From an uncultured Alphaproteobacteria bacterium (lineage in GTDB: Bacteria > Pseudomonadota > Alphaproteobacteria > Rhodobacterales > Rhodobacteraceae), in NCBI GenBank assembly GCA_963765555.1, contig CAVXWX010000007.1, positions 2,313-66,312 of the forward strand: a stretch of DNA of 64,000 nucleotides. The letters are read 5' to 3'. The number at the start of each line of letters is the position of its first letter. The first letter of the stretch is position 1. Position numbers and translations under genes: made by a program. Positions 51,165 through 62,401 of this stretch are shown piece by piece. The notes beneath the pieces are model-generated. The model was not told where the DNA came from. It was given only the letters and a program-made list of their open reading frames with translations, and did no database searches.

Positions 51165-52898
51165 ATGCAAAAGCGCCACTTCGACAAATCCCGCCTGCCC
51201 AGCCGTCACGTCACAGAAGGACCGGCGCGCGCGCCTCATCGCTCGTATTACTATGCAATGGGTCTGGGTGACGACGAAATCCACCAGCCTCTGGTTGGCG
51301 TGGCCACCTGCTGGAACGAAGCGGCCCCTTGCAACATCGCGCTGAACCGTCAGGCACAGGCCGTGAAACTGGGCGTGAAAACAGGCAGCGGAACACCGCG
51401 TGAATTTACCACCATCACAGTGACAGACGGCATCGCAATGGGCCACGAAGGCATGCGCTCGTCCCTTGCCAGCCGCGAAGCGATTGCAGACACTGTCGAA
51501 CTGACGATGCGCGGCCATTGCTATGACGCGATTGTCGGCCTTGCGGGCTGCGACAAATCCCTGCCCGGCATGATGATGGCGATGATCCGGCTGAATGTAC
51601 CGTCGGTGTTTATCTATGGCGGATCAATTCTGCCGGGCCGCCTGGATGGCAAGGATGTCACGGTTCAGGACGTGTTCGAAGCGGTCGGGCAGCATCAGGC
51701 CGGCAACTATTCCGATGAACAACTGGCTGTGCTGGAACGTGTCGCGTGCCCGTCTGCTGGTGCATGTGGTGGTCAGTTTACAGCCAACACGATGGCCTGC
51801 GTATCCGAAGCGATCGGCCTTGCGTTGCCCAACAGCGCAGGCGCGCCTGCCCCGTATGAATCACGCGACCATTATGCCATCGCCTCGGGCGAGGCGGTGA
51901 TGAACCTGCTTGAGAAAAACATCCGCGCGCGCGATATCGTGACCCGCAAATCGCTGGAAAACGCTGCCCGCATCGTGGCCTGCACCGGTGGATCAACCAA
52001 TGCCGGCCTGCACCTGCCCGCCATGGCACACGAAGCCGGGATTGATTTCTTTCTGGATGATGTGTGCGAAATTTTCCGCGACACGCCCTACTTTGTCGAT
52101 CTGAAACCCGGTGGCCAGTATGTGGCAAAGGACATGTACGAAGCCGGTGGCGTGCCCGTTGTGATGAAGCAACTGCGCAAGGCGGGCCTGATCCACGAAG
52201 ATTGTATGACGGCAACCGGTTATTCGATGGGCGAGGAACTGGACAAGATTGATCGCGAGGCAGACGGCCGCGTGATCTATCCGGTCGATAAGCCGATCAG
52301 CAAAACCGGCGGTGTTGTGGGCCTGAAGGGCAATCTGGCCCCCGGCGGTGCGATTGTGAAAATCGCCGGCATGTCGGACGAAGAAATCGTATTCACCGGC
52401 CCCGCCCGCGTTTTCGAATGTGAAGAAGACGCATTCGAAGCTGTCAAGGCACGCACCTACAAGGAAGGTGAGGTGCTGGTGATCCGCAATGAAGGCCCTG
52501 CTGGCGGCCCCGGCATGCGCGAAATGCTGGCAACAACCGCCGCCCTGTCGGGCCAAGGCATGGGCAAAAAGGTTGCGCTGATCACAGACGGGCGCTTTTC
52601 CGGCGCGACACGCGGGTTTTGCGTGGGTCATGTTGGCCCCGAAGCGGCGCATTGCGGCCCGATTGCCCTGCTCAAAGACGGCGATATGATCACGATCGAT
52701 GCCCCCAAAGGCGCGCTGACAGTCGCGTTGAGCGACGAAGAACTGGCCGCCCGCAAAGCCGACTGGAAAGGCCCGCGCGACACGATCTACGCCAGTGGTG
52801 CGCTTTGGAAATACGCCCAACTGGTCGGAGAAACCTATAAAGGCGCGGTCACCCATCCCGGCGGCAAGGCCGAAAAGCATGTCTATATGGATCTTTGA
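51165..52898 (+). CDS. ilvD: Dihydroxy-acid dehydratase
   Basis: PCN, DGIAMGH, CDKSLPG, GGSTN, GPGMREM, TDGRFSG. Confidence 0.96.
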   Translation: MQKRHFDKSRLPSRHVTEGPARAPHRSYYYAMGLGDDEIHQPLVGVATCWNEAAPCNIALNRQAQAVKLGVKTGSGTPREFTTITVTDGIAMGHEGMRSSLASREAIADTVELTMRGHCYDAIVGLAGCDKSLPGMMMAMIRLNVPSVFIYGGSILPGRLDGKDVTVQDVFEAVGQHQAGNYSDEQLAVLERVACPSAGACGGQFTANTMACVSEAIGLALPNSAGAPAPYESRDHYAIASGEAVMNLLEKNIRARDIVTRKSLENAARIVACTGGSTNAGLHLPAMAHEAGIDFFLDDVCEIFRDTPYFVDLKPGGQYVAKDMYEAGGVPVVMKQLRKAGLIHEDCMTATGYSMGEELDKIDREADGRVIYPVDKPISKTGGVVGLKGNLAPGGAIVKIAGMSDEEIVFTGPARVFECEEDAFEAVKARTYKEGEVLVIRNEGPAGGPGMREMLATTAALSGQGMGKKVALITDGRFSGATRGFCVGHVGPEAAHCGPIALLKDGDMITIDAPKGALTVALSDEELAARKADWKGPRDTIYASGALWKYAQLVGETYKGAVTHPGGKAEKHVYMDL

Positions 52899-53505
52899 TC
52901 GCGGCATGGTTCTGGCTGCCGGCCTTGCGCTGGCGGCCTGTGTTCCAGCTTCGGAAATGGGCTTTTTAACCTCGACAACACCGCAATCCGACACGGCCTT
53001 GCGGGCAGTTGTTATGGGTGACGAGGCTATCGCCCTGACCGCGCCACCGGGTTATTGCATTGACGCCGGATCGCTCAAGCCCGGTTTTGCGCTGATCGCA
53101 CGCTGCGACACGTTGGGCGCGGCAGGCCGGAATGCAAATGTGCCGTTGGCCCTGATTACTGCTACTGTCGTCACGCAACAGGCGGGCACACCTGCGCCCC
53201 GCGCCGCTGACCTTGTGTCGGTTCTGGACAGCGCGCAGGTTATCCAGGCCAAGGACCAAAAAGGCGTCGCACTGGTTCAATCGCGTGGCGAAACCGGTTT
53301 GCAAGGCTTTAGCGACACCCATTGGCGCGGGGCGTTTCTGGTAAATGATGTAATGGTCGGGATGGCCCTTTACGCACCGGCCGACAGTTCCGCCAGTGGT
53401 CCGCGGGGTGCCTCCATTCTGAACGCGCTGGCCACGCAGACGAAATCCAACACTGCCAACCGGCGCCTGTCAGAGCCAACGCCCGTATCCAGCAACACAA
53501 ACTGA
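52879..53505 (+). CDS. Hypothetical lipoprotein (start 52879 or 52906)
   Basis: LALAAC lipobox, PPGYCID motif. Confidence 0.65.
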   Translation: MSIWIFDRGMVLAAGLALAACVPASEMGFLTSTTPQSDTALRAVVMGDEAIALTAPPGYCIDAGSLKPGFALIARCDTLGAAGRNANVPLALITATVVTQQAGTPAPRAADLVSVLDSAQVIQAKDQKGVALVQSRGETGLQGFSDTHWRGAFLVNDVMVGMALYAPADSSASGPRGASILNALATQTKSNTANRRLSEPTPVSSNTN

Positions 53506-53600
53506 ACAAAACGCGTGGTTCGTGCAATTGTCGGTTTATTTGGCCGGAAACGTTCCGTTAAATGCTGACAAGTCATCGGCAAAAGGCAATAAGACAACGT

Positions 53601-54374
53601 ATGGCGAACAAGGGCGACAGCTTGATTGACAAGATTTTGTACCGGCGTGAAATGCGCCGCTGGGCGCGGGCGGCCAGCCATGCAGGTGATACGAACTTAG
53701 CCACGCTTCGTGCCCAGCGCCAACAGGCACGGCTTATGCGCTCGCATCTGGACAGCTTGATCCACAAGGCTGAAAACCGGCTGGCATTGCCCAGCGTCGG
53801 ATCAACCACATTTCCCAAACCCCACGATGCCGATTGGGCATGGCGCCCCGAACTTTGGCGCGGGCCGCTTCCACGTGCCGGTCTGTCCTCTGTCCAGACC
53901 AAATCCATGCTGGGGGGCGAGGTGACGCTGTTTCACGATTGCGCCTATTCCGAACTGACATTGCGCCAGCTGCGCAATCAACGCGAGGCTGATCTTGCAC
54001 CTTACGGCGTGCGATTGGACGTATTCAAATTTGACGGCTCGTTTCTGTCACTGGTCATTGATCTGCCGCAGGCCGCTGTCACAGGATTGAAACGCACGCA
54101 TCTGTTGCGGATGGATACAATTCTTGAAATAGAAAAACCTCTGGAAATATTTGCCCGCCTCAACATCAAACACGGCCCGAATACAGAACAGATCGTGCGT
54201 GAACTGCCCCTGCACGAACAGGATATAATGGTCGAATTCGATCTGGCCTATTCCAAGCTCAATGAAAAACGCCTTGAAAAGGCGTGGCTTGATCTGATCT
54301 TTGAAGGTCCGGAAATGAATCAGGTGGTTATCCGCGACCTTACCTTTAACCGCCGCCCCCGCGCAGCCCTTTGA
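53601..54374 (+). CDS. Conserved hypothetical protein (DUF6478-like)
   Basis: WRPELW, LFHDC, F.GSFLSL, RLNIKHGPN. Confidence 0.7.
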   Translation: MANKGDSLIDKILYRREMRRWARAASHAGDTNLATLRAQRQQARLMRSHLDSLIHKAENRLALPSVGSTTFPKPHDADWAWRPELWRGPLPRAGLSSVQTKSMLGGEVTLFHDCAYSELTLRQLRNQREADLAPYGVRLDVFKFDGSFLSLVIDLPQAAVTGLKRTHLLRMDTILEIEKPLEIFARLNIKHGPNTEQIVRELPLHEQDIMVEFDLAYSKLNEKRLEKAWLDLIFEGPEMNQVVIRDLTFNRRPRAAL

Positions 54375-54385
54375 TTGAGGCCGGA

Positions 54386-54763
54386 ATGAGCGATTTTGAA
54401 TTAACGAAAACCCGCCTGATCCAAGGCATCTGGGAGGGTATTTTAACCCCCAAATCCGGCAAGAACACGGTGCCCGATGTGCATGTTACACATCTTGATC
54501 ATACCGTCGCAGACGTTGAAGTGGTTGAGGATCAAGAAGCGGGGAACTGGCGCTTGCGCATTCCCGTACCCGCCGATGCGATTTCGGATGGTGTGCAAAC
54601 CTTTCTGATCCACGATACCAAAACCAATGATCAACTGGGTCAGTTCTGCCTGATCGCGGGGGAAGCTTTGGGCGATGATATCCGCGCTGAAATGGACCTG
54701 TTGCGCGCCGAACTGGACATGCTCAAACGCGCGTTTCGTCGGCATTGTCTGGAAACGATGTAG
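54386..54763 (+). CDS. Conserved hypothetical protein
   Basis: Follows the DUF6478-like gene; C-terminal coiled coil LRAELDMLKRAFRRHC. Confidence 0.7.
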   Translation: MSDFELTKTRLIQGIWEGILTPKSGKNTVPDVHVTHLDHTVADVEVVEDQEAGNWRLRIPVPADAISDGVQTFLIHDTKTNDQLGQFCLIAGEALGDDIRAEMDLLRAELDMLKRAFRRHCLETM

Positions 54764-54773
54764 CGCAGGCAGA

Positions 54774-55244
54774 TCAGGCTTTGCGATCTATCCGTGCCTG
54801 ATAGCAATTGTTGCGGGCCGACCGGACATGGATATAGGCGACGCCGGGATCATCAAAAATGCGCTGTGCATAGCCTGCAATTTCCGTTGCTGGCACCACG
54901 GCCCCTGTCCCGTAAACGATCCGATCATTATGACCATATCCTTTGACCAGATAATCCGGCGATGTGGTTAGAACCGGTGGGAGGTTCGTGCTGTCGGGGT
55001 GGCGTTCGCACGGCGCGGCACACAGGAAAATCGGGCCGGTTTCGGCGTAAGGGTGCAGCCCGTCAAACGGACGGTGCGCCAGAACCAGCATATCGGCACC
55101 CTTTGCAATATCGCGCAGGCAATGACGGCAGGGGTTTCTGTGTCCGTCTGAAACCGTGCGTTCGGCGGGTACGCCGTAGGCATCCGGTGCGCCAGACTGG
55201 TAGGCGCGGACAATAGCGGTTGGCAGGGCTGAAAACGTGATCAT
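54774..55244 (-). CDS. DUF1203-family protein
   Basis: PCRHCL, PYAETGPIF, YIHVRSA..NCY. Confidence 0.8.
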   Translation of the reverse strand: MITFSALPTAIVRAYQSGAPDAYGVPAERTVSDGHRNPCRHCLRDIAKGADMLVLAHRPFDGLHPYAETGPIFLCAAPCERHPDSTNLPPVLTTSPDYLVKGYGHNDRIVYGTGAVVPATEIAGYAQRIFDDPGVAYIHVRSARNNCYQARIDRKA

Positions 55245-55331
55245 GGCATCTCTCCTTTCCAGCTATGTGTCACAGCGTTTGGTGCCGCGACGACCCGTTT
55301 CCTGCGCAAAGCACAAAAGGACTCGGAAAAA

Positions 55332-55346
55332 GAACAAAAGGTGAAT
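55332..55346 (+). promoter_or_regulatory. LexA (SOS) box upstream of dnaE2
   Basis: GAAC-AAAAGGT-GAAT (GAAC-N7-GAAC with one mismatch), 13 bp before the ATG. Confidence 0.75.
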
Positions 55347-55359
55347 AAAGTGAACCCCC

Positions 55360-58266
55360 ATGTTCACAGAATTGTCGATCACATCCAATTTCACGTTCCT
55401 GACAGGCGCGTCCCACCCCGAGGAATATATCCGCAGGGCGGCCGCCCTTGATCTGCCCGCCATTGCCATCGCCGATGACAATTCGGTGGCCGGCATTGTG
55501 CGCGCCCACACAGAAGCGCGCCACATCGCGCGGCTGGTACGTGCGCGGCAGGATTGGGACGCCAAGAACGGGTTGATCGGGCCGCCCTGCCCCGATCATC
55601 TGCCCCAACCGCAGTCGTTTCCGGTGTATAATATCCCGCGCCTGATCCCCGCCGCGCGGTTGGTGTTCACCGATGCGCCCCCCGTGACCGTGCTGCCGAC
55701 AGACCGGACCGGATGGGGAAACCTGTGCCGCATCCTGTCCACAGGCCGGTTGCGTACAACCAAGGGCCACTGTGATCTGCAACTGGCGGATTTGCTGGAC
55801 CGCAGCGAAGGCCTGCAATGTCTGATCTGGCCGCAGGGCGATTGGGCGACTGCGGCCCGACGTCTTGGGGCCTGCGCCCCCGACCGCCTGCATGTGCTGC
55901 TTTGCCCGCATTATGACGGACAGGACAGCGCGCGTTTCGCCGCGCTGTCCCGACAGGCCGGCGCATTGAACCTGCCCACCTTGGCCAGCGCCGCGCCACG
56001 GATGCATCACGGCGCACGGCGCAAGCTGGCCGATGTGCTGACGGCTGTGCGCCTTGGGCGCAAGGTGGACGAACTGGGGCGTAACGCACTGGCCAACGCG
56101 GAACAGCGCCTGCGCTCCGAACCTGAAATGCGGCACCTGTTCCAAGGCCACGAAGACGCAGTAGACCGGGCGTATATCCTTGGTGCCAAGCTGGGCTTCA
56201 GCCTTGACCAGTTACGCTATGAATATCCGTCCGAAGGCACGGCGCAGGAAACACCGGCACACCGGCTGACACGACTGGCCGAAGACGGGTTGAACTGGCG
56301 GTATCCGGCGGGGGCACCCGACAAGGTGCGCGCGATGTTGCGCCATGAACTCGACCTGATCAGCAAGCTGAAATACGAACCCTATTTCCTGACTGTGCGC
56401 GACATTGTTGCCTTTGCCCGATCCCGCAACATCCTGTGTCAGGGGCGCGGGTCGGCGGCCAATTCTGTGGTGTGCTATTGCCTTGGCATCACATCCGTCA
56501 GCCCCGAAATCGGCACCATGGTGTTTGAACGGTTCGTGTCCGAAGCACGTGATGAACCGCCTGATATTGATGTCGATTTCGAACATGAACGCCGCGAGGA
56601 GGTGATCCAGCATATTTACGAACGCTATGGCCGCCACCGTGCGGGCCTGTGCGCCACCGTCGTGCATTATCGCGGCAAACGCGCCATCCGCGAGGTCGGG
56701 CGCGCCATGGGGTTAAGTGAAGATACCATTTCCGCGCTCAGTTCCCAGCTTTGGGGCTTTTTCAGCACCAAGGGGCTGGAGGATGACCGCATGCGCGAGA
56801 TCGGTCTTGATCCGACAGACAGGCGATTGCAGCAAATGCTGGAACTGGTGCATGAAATCAACGGCTTTCCCCGCCATTTGTCCCAGCATGTCGGCGGATT
56901 CATCATCACCCAAGGACGTCTGGATGAACTGGTTCCCATCGAAAACGCCACGATGGAAGGGCGCACGGTGATTTGCTGGGACAAGGATGACATCGACACA
57001 TTGGGTATTCTCAAGGTCGATGTTCTGAGCCTTGGAATGCTGACCTGTATCCGCAAGGCGTTCGACCTGCTGCGCCAGCACCATCAGATTGATCATACGC
57101 TGGCCACGCTGCCCCCCGAAGACTCCAAAGTCTATGATATGCTGTGCCGCGCTGACAGCATCGGGGTCTTTCAGGTCGAAAGCCGCGCACAGATGAATTT
57201 TCTGCCGCGCATGCGCCCGCGCAACTTCTACGATCTGGTGATCGAAGTGGCCATCATCCGCCCCGGCCCCATTCAGGGCGATATGGTGCATCCCTATATC
57301 CGGCGGCGCAATGGCGAAGAGGCGGTCAGTTTTCCCTCGGATGCTTTGGGCGATGTGTTGGGCAAGACGCTGGGTGTGCCGCTGTTTCAGGAACAGGCGA
57401 TGCAGATTGCCATTGTCGGGGCGGGGTTTACCCCCGATCAGGCCGACCGTTTGCGCCGTTCGCTTGCCACGTTCAAGAAACACGGCAATGTCAGCGAATT
57501 CCGCAACCTGTTCCTGCGCGGCATGAAGCGCAACGGTTATGATGATGATTTCGCCGACCGCTGTTTCAGCCAGATCGAAGGGTTCGGCTCCTACGGCTTT
57601 CCCGAAAGCCATGCGGCGTCTTTTGCACTGTTGGTCTATGCCTCAAGCTGGATCAAATGCCACCATCCGGGCATTTTTGCCTGCGCCTTGCTGAATTCCC
57701 AGCCGATGGGGTTTTACGCCCCCGCCCAGATTGTGCGCGATGCCCGCGAACATGATGTGATCGTGCGCCCGATCTGCATCAATTCCAGCTACTGGGACAA
57801 TGTGATGGAACCCGACGGGCATGGCGGCCTGGCCCTGCGTCTGGGCTTTCGCCAGATCAAGGGGTTAAGCGAGGAAGACGCCTGCTGGATCACGGCGGCA
57901 CGGGGCAACGGGTATCGTTCGGTGCAGGATGTGTGGCGTCGCGCGGGGCTGTCGCCACCGGTGCTGGCACGGCTGGCCGAAGCGGACGTGTTTGCCGGGC
58001 TGGACCTGTCCCGCCGCGCCGCCCTGTGGGAGGCCAAGGCAATCACGACCGACACCCCCCTGCCGCTGTTTGCTGGCGATATCGAAGGCGAAGGCATTGT
58101 TGAACCCGCTCCACATCTTCCCGAAATGACAATGGGCGAACAGGTGGTCGAGGATTACGTTGCCATGCGGCTAAGCCTGCGGGCCCATCCGGTGGCATTG
58201 CTGCGCCATATCCTGACCCCCGGATCACACCCCGGTAAATCGCAGGCAGCAGAACGCCGGCCCTGA
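55360..58266 (+). CDS. dnaE2: Error-prone DNA polymerase DnaE2/ImuC, short form lacking the C-terminal OB fold
   Basis: SNFTFLTGAS, GRGSAANS, PPDIDVDF, KVDVL, YGFPESHA, NSQPMGFY; ends shortly after LSLRAHP. Confidence 0.93.
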   Translation: MFTELSITSNFTFLTGASHPEEYIRRAAALDLPAIAIADDNSVAGIVRAHTEARHIARLVRARQDWDAKNGLIGPPCPDHLPQPQSFPVYNIPRLIPAARLVFTDAPPVTVLPTDRTGWGNLCRILSTGRLRTTKGHCDLQLADLLDRSEGLQCLIWPQGDWATAARRLGACAPDRLHVLLCPHYDGQDSARFAALSRQAGALNLPTLASAAPRMHHGARRKLADVLTAVRLGRKVDELGRNALANAEQRLRSEPEMRHLFQGHEDAVDRAYILGAKLGFSLDQLRYEYPSEGTAQETPAHRLTRLAEDGLNWRYPAGAPDKVRAMLRHELDLISKLKYEPYFLTVRDIVAFARSRNILCQGRGSAANSVVCYCLGITSVSPEIGTMVFERFVSEARDEPPDIDVDFEHERREEVIQHIYERYGRHRAGLCATVVHYRGKRAIREVGRAMGLSEDTISALSSQLWGFFSTKGLEDDRMREIGLDPTDRRLQQMLELVHEINGFPRHLSQHVGGFIITQGRLDELVPIENATMEGRTVICWDKDDIDTLGILKVDVLSLGMLTCIRKAFDLLRQHHQIDHTLATLPPEDSKVYDMLCRADSIGVFQVESRAQMNFLPRMRPRNFYDLVIEVAIIRPGPIQGDMVHPYIRRRNGEEAVSFPSDALGDVLGKTLGVPLFQEQAMQIAIVGAGFTPDQADRLRRSLATFKKHGNVSEFRNLFLRGMKRNGYDDDFADRCFSQIEGFGSYGFPESHAASFALLVYASSWIKCHHPGIFACALLNSQPMGFYAPAQIVRDAREHDVIVRPICINSSYWDNVMEPDGHGGLALRLGFRQIKGLSEEDACWITAARGNGYRSVQDVWRRAGLSPPVLARLAEADVFAGLDLSRRAALWEAKAITTDTPLPLFAGDIEGEGIVEPAPHLPEMTMGEQVVEDYVAMRLSLRAHPVALLRHILTPGSHPGKSQAAERRP

Positions 58267-58332
58267 AAAAGCGGTTCACCCCAAGCGGCGGACGCGATAG
58301 AAGGCGCAAAACAATCCACCGGAGCCTGAACC

Positions 58333-59850
58333 ATGCCTGCCCCCAAACCCGTTGTCTTGTGCATTCTGGATGGCTGGGGGCAACGGACGGAAACGGCAGG
58401 AAATGCGCCCGCGCTGGCCCACACCCCGACATTCGACAAGATCATGGCGACCTGTCCCCACAATGTTCTGATCACCCACGGCCCAGATGTCGGCCTGCCC
58501 AGTGGCCAGATGGGCAATTCCGAAGTGGGCCACACCAATATCGGGGCCGGGCGGGTTGTGGCGATGGATCTGGGCATGATCGATCTGGCCATCGAAGACG
58601 GCAGTTTTTTCACCAATGCCGCGCTGCTGGATTTCGTGCAAACCCTGAAGAAGACCGGCGGGGCCGCACATTTACTGGGCGTTGTGTCCGATGGCGGGGT
58701 ACACGGGCATCTGGCCCACATTCAGGCCGCCGCACAGGCGATCAGCGATGCGGGCGTTCCCGTCATCCTGCACCTTTGGACGGATGGACGCGATGTCGCG
58801 CCGAAATCAGCGGCACCTTTTGTCGAGGAACTGGTGCGCAGTTTGCCCGCAGGCGTACAGATCGCGACCCTGACAGGGCGCTATTTCGCAATGGATCGCG
58901 ATAATCGGTGGGAACGGGTAAAACAGGCCAGTGACGCCATCTTATACGGGCATGGACATCCCTCTGCCGATGCAGAAACCGCCATAACCGAGGCCTACGC
59001 GCGCGGCGAAACAGATGAATTCATCACAGCCTCCGTGCTGAACGGCTATGACGGAGCCAAGGACGGTGACGGACTGTTCTGCCTGAACTTTCGCGCCGAT
59101 CGCGCGCGTGAAATTCTGGCCGCACTTGGCCAGCCGGATTTTGACGCCTTTGATGGTGGCGCGCGGCCAAAATGGGCCGCGATGCTGGGTATGGTCGATT
59201 ACTCCGAGGCACATAACGCCTACATGACAACGGCCTACCCCAAGGCCGAAATCGTCAACACGCTGGGCGCATGGGTCGCCGCACATGGTTTGCGCCAGTT
59301 CCGGTTGGCCGAAACCGAAAAATACCCGCATGTGACGTTTTTCCTGAATGGCGGCAAGGAAACGCCCGAAACAGGCGAAGACCGGAACATGCCGAAATCG
59401 CCCAAGGTGGCGACCTATGATCTGCAACCCGAAATGTCGGCCCCTGATGTGACCGACCAGTTCGTAAAGGCGATTGAGGATGGATATGATCTGATCGTCA
59501 CCAACTATGCCAATCCCGATATGGTGGGCCATACCGGTGATCTGGACGCCGCCATTGCCGCCTGTGAGGCGGTGGATCAGGGTCTGACCCGCGTTGTCGC
59601 CGCATTGGAAAAGGCGGGCGGTGCCATGATCCTGACAGCGGATCATGGCAATTGCGAAATGATGATCGATCCCGAAACAGGGGGTCCGCACACGGCCCAC
59701 ACCCTGAACCCTGTGCCAGTGGCCCTGATCGGCGGGCCAAAGGGCGTGCAGTTGCGGCAAGGTCGGCTATCGGATATCGCACCAACCTTGCTGGCGCTGA
59801 TGCAACTGGACAAACCCGCCGAAATGACCGGCAAGAGCCTGATCCGATGA
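58333..59850 (+). CDS. gpmI: 2,3-bisphosphoglycerate-independent phosphoglycerate mutase
   Basis: ILDGWG, MGNSEVGH, AETEKYPHVTFF, DMVGHTG, TADHGN. Confidence 0.96.
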   Translation: MPAPKPVVLCILDGWGQRTETAGNAPALAHTPTFDKIMATCPHNVLITHGPDVGLPSGQMGNSEVGHTNIGAGRVVAMDLGMIDLAIEDGSFFTNAALLDFVQTLKKTGGAAHLLGVVSDGGVHGHLAHIQAAAQAISDAGVPVILHLWTDGRDVAPKSAAPFVEELVRSLPAGVQIATLTGRYFAMDRDNRWERVKQASDAILYGHGHPSADAETAITEAYARGETDEFITASVLNGYDGAKDGDGLFCLNFRADRAREILAALGQPDFDAFDGGARPKWAAMLGMVDYSEAHNAYMTTAYPKAEIVNTLGAWVAAHGLRQFRLAETEKYPHVTFFLNGGKETPETGEDRNMPKSPKVATYDLQPEMSAPDVTDQFVKAIEDGYDLIVTNYANPDMVGHTGDLDAAIAACEAVDQGLTRVVAALEKAGGAMILTADHGNCEMMIDPETGGPHTAHTLNPVPVALIGGPKGVQLRQGRLSDIAPTLLALMQLDKPAEMTGKSLIR

Positions 59851-60980
59851 ACCGTATCGCCATCCTGATCACGGCCTTGCTCTGGCCTTGTCTGACGCTG
59901 GCGCAAAGCGATCTTTCTGCAGATGCCCGCGCAGCGGCCGACGCGCTTGAGGCGGCCTCTGTCTCGTTGCAAGAGGCCGAGAGCGCGCGGGATCGTATCC
60001 GCGCCCTGACCGAAACCGTGAAAGCCTATGAAAGCGGGCTTGAAGCGATGCGAGAAGGGTTGCGCCGCGCGGCGACGCGCGAAGCACAACTGAACCTTCA
60101 GCTTGAGGCGCGCAATGCCGAGATCGCGGCCCTGCTGGCTGCGTTGCAAACAATCGGCAATACGCCTTCCCCCGTCCTGCTGCTGCATCCGTCCGGCCCG
60201 ATCGGAACGGCGCGGTCCGGCATGATCTTGGCCGAGGTCACCCCCGCACTGAATGCCCGCGCCGCCGAGCTTCGCCATGATCTGGACGAGGTGCGCACCC
60301 TGCGCCTGTTGCAACAAAACAGTGCCGATGATCTGCTGGCGGGATTGAACGGTGTGCAAGAGGCGCGCCTGAAACTGAGCCAGGCTGTTGCCAACCGCAC
60401 CGATCTGCCGCAACGTTTTACCGAAGATCCGGTGCGTACCGCCGTTCTGATCGCGTCGACCGAAACACTGGATGCGTTTGCCAGCGGTCTGGTCGAAATC
60501 AATGCCGATCAGGTCAGTGATCCCGATAAGGATATTTCGATCCAGCAGGGCACGCTGCAATTGCCGGTCCAAGGGCGCATTCTGCATCGTTCAGGTCAGC
60601 CGGATGCCGCAGGGATCAAACGCCCCGGCCTGATCCTTGCCACCCGCCCCCGCGCCCTTGTCACCAGCCCGACGGCGGCAACCATCCGCTATCTCGGACC
60701 GCTGCTGGATCTGGGCAATGTGGTGATTCTCGAACCGCAATCCGACATGCTGTTTGTACTGGCCGGGCTAGATCAGGTGTTCGGAGAGGTCGGTCAGGTC
60801 ATTCCACAGGACGCGCCGGTTGGTCTGATGGGGGGAGAAACGCCAGAAATTGGTGCAATCCTGTCACTAAGCGGTGAAGGCACTGGAACTGACCGTTCAG
60901 AAACGCTCTATATAGAAGTGAGAAAGGGCAATCAGCCCGTGGACCCGGAAACGTGGTTCCAAACCGAAAAGGATGGATGA
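59847..60980 (+). CDS. Murein hydrolase activator EnvC-like protein (M23 fold)
   Basis: Signal peptide, coiled coil, LPVQG, LYIEVR...PVDP; conserved gpmI-envC-ctpA order. Confidence 0.85.
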   Translation: MNRIAILITALLWPCLTLAQSDLSADARAAADALEAASVSLQEAESARDRIRALTETVKAYESGLEAMREGLRRAATREAQLNLQLEARNAEIAALLAALQTIGNTPSPVLLLHPSGPIGTARSGMILAEVTPALNARAAELRHDLDEVRTLRLLQQNSADDLLAGLNGVQEARLKLSQAVANRTDLPQRFTEDPVRTAVLIASTETLDAFASGLVEINADQVSDPDKDISIQQGTLQLPVQGRILHRSGQPDAAGIKRPGLILATRPRALVTSPTAATIRYLGPLLDLGNVVILEPQSDMLFVLAGLDQVFGEVGQVIPQDAPVGLMGGETPEIGAILSLSGEGTGTDRSETLYIEVRKGNQPVDPETWFQTEKDG

Positions 60981-60985
60981 TCAAG

Positions 60986-62323
60986 ATGAAGAAATTCGCG
61001 ATGGCCGCAATTGGCGGTACATTGGCAGGTGTTGTCGCTGCAACCCAGATCGCAGGCCCTCTGGTGGCGCAGGAAGCGGCAAAAACCGTAAATGTATACG
61101 AGCAGCTTGATCTGTTTGGCGACATATTCGAGCGTATCCGCGCCCAGTATGTGGAAGAGGTGGATGCAGGAGAACTGATCGAAGCAGCCATTGACGGCAT
61201 GCTGACCTCGCTTGATCCGCATTCTAGCTACCTGTCGCCGGAAGATGCCAGTGCCATGCAGGTACAAACACGCGGCGAATTCGGTGGTCTTGGCATCGAA
61301 GTCACGCAGGAAGAGGGTTTTGTTAAAGTCGTGTCGCCCATTGATGGCACCCCGGCAGATGAAGCTGGTATCGAATCCGGTGATTTCATCACCCATGTTG
61401 ACGGTGAAAGCGTTCTGGGCCTGACCTTGGATGAAGCCGTGGACATGATGCGCGGCCCCGTCGGATCGGAAATCCTGATCACGGTCGTACGCGAGGGCGA
61501 ACCGGAACCGTTCGATGTGTCGATCATCCGCGATACCATCAAACTGGTTGCGGTGCGCAGCCGCATTCAGGGCGATACTGTCGTTCTGCGGATCACCACA
61601 TTCAACGATCAGACCACCCCAAACCTTGAGGCAGGATTGGCCGAACAGGTCGAAGCCGCAGGCGGCATGGACAACGTTAACGGCATCGTGCTGGACCTGC
61701 GCAACAACCCGGGCGGACTGTTGAACGAGGCGATTTCCGTATCGGATGCGTTTCTTGAAAGCGGTGAGATTGTCAGCACGCGCGGGCGCAACCCCGAAGA
61801 TGGCGACCGCTTCAACGCGCGCCCCGGCGATCTGGCAATGGGCAAACCAATTGTGGTGCTGATCAACGGCGGGTCTGCCTCGGCGTCCGAAATCGTGGCT
61901 GGCGCGCTGCAGGATCATCGCCGCGCCATCATCGTGGGCACCAAGAGCTTTGGCAAAGGGTCTGTGCAGACGGTGATGCCATTGCGTGGCGAAGGGGCCA
62001 TGCGGTTGACAACGGCGCGGTATTACACACCGTCGGGCCGGTCCATTCAGGCGCTAGGGGTATCGCCCGATATCATCGTGGCCCAACCACGCCGCGACCC
62101 CAATGCGGAAGAGGAGGAAGAGGAAACAAACCGCTTCAGCCGCACCGAGGCCGATTTGCGCGGCAGCCTGAACAATGACAGCCTGACCGAAGACCAGCGC
62201 CGCCAGATCGAAGCGGATCGTGAAAAGGCCCAAGCTGCCGCAGACCTGCGTGAAGAAGATTATCAACTGGCCTATGCCATTGATATTCTGAAAGGATTGT
62301 CGGCGCTTGGCCCGACAGAATAA
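60986..62323 (+). CDS. ctpA: Carboxy-terminal processing protease (S41)
   Basis: LDPHS, PDZ domain, DLRNNPGG, SASASEI, GKGSVQ. Confidence 0.94.
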   Translation: MKKFAMAAIGGTLAGVVAATQIAGPLVAQEAAKTVNVYEQLDLFGDIFERIRAQYVEEVDAGELIEAAIDGMLTSLDPHSSYLSPEDASAMQVQTRGEFGGLGIEVTQEEGFVKVVSPIDGTPADEAGIESGDFITHVDGESVLGLTLDEAVDMMRGPVGSEILITVVREGEPEPFDVSIIRDTIKLVAVRSRIQGDTVVLRITTFNDQTTPNLEAGLAEQVEAAGGMDNVNGIVLDLRNNPGGLLNEAISVSDAFLESGEIVSTRGRNPEDGDRFNARPGDLAMGKPIVVLINGGSASASEIVAGALQDHRRAIIVGTKSFGKGSVQTVMPLRGEGAMRLTTARYYTPSGRSIQALGVSPDIIVAQPRRDPNAEEEEEETNRFSRTEADLRGSLNNDSLTEDQRRQIEADREKAQAAADLREEDYQLAYAIDILKGLSALGPTE

Positions 62324-62330
62324 ACAATGC

Positions 62331-62362
62331 GCCCCGCCCATGATGGGCGGGGCCGTTTGTTT
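62331..62362 (+). terminator. Rho-independent terminator after ctpA
   Basis: GCCCCGCCCA-TGA-TGGGCGGGGC followed by a T-rich tail. Confidence 0.8.
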
Positions 62363-62401
62363 GCCTTTGGGCTGCAACCTTGGCACCTGCTTCTGACCTG
62401 A

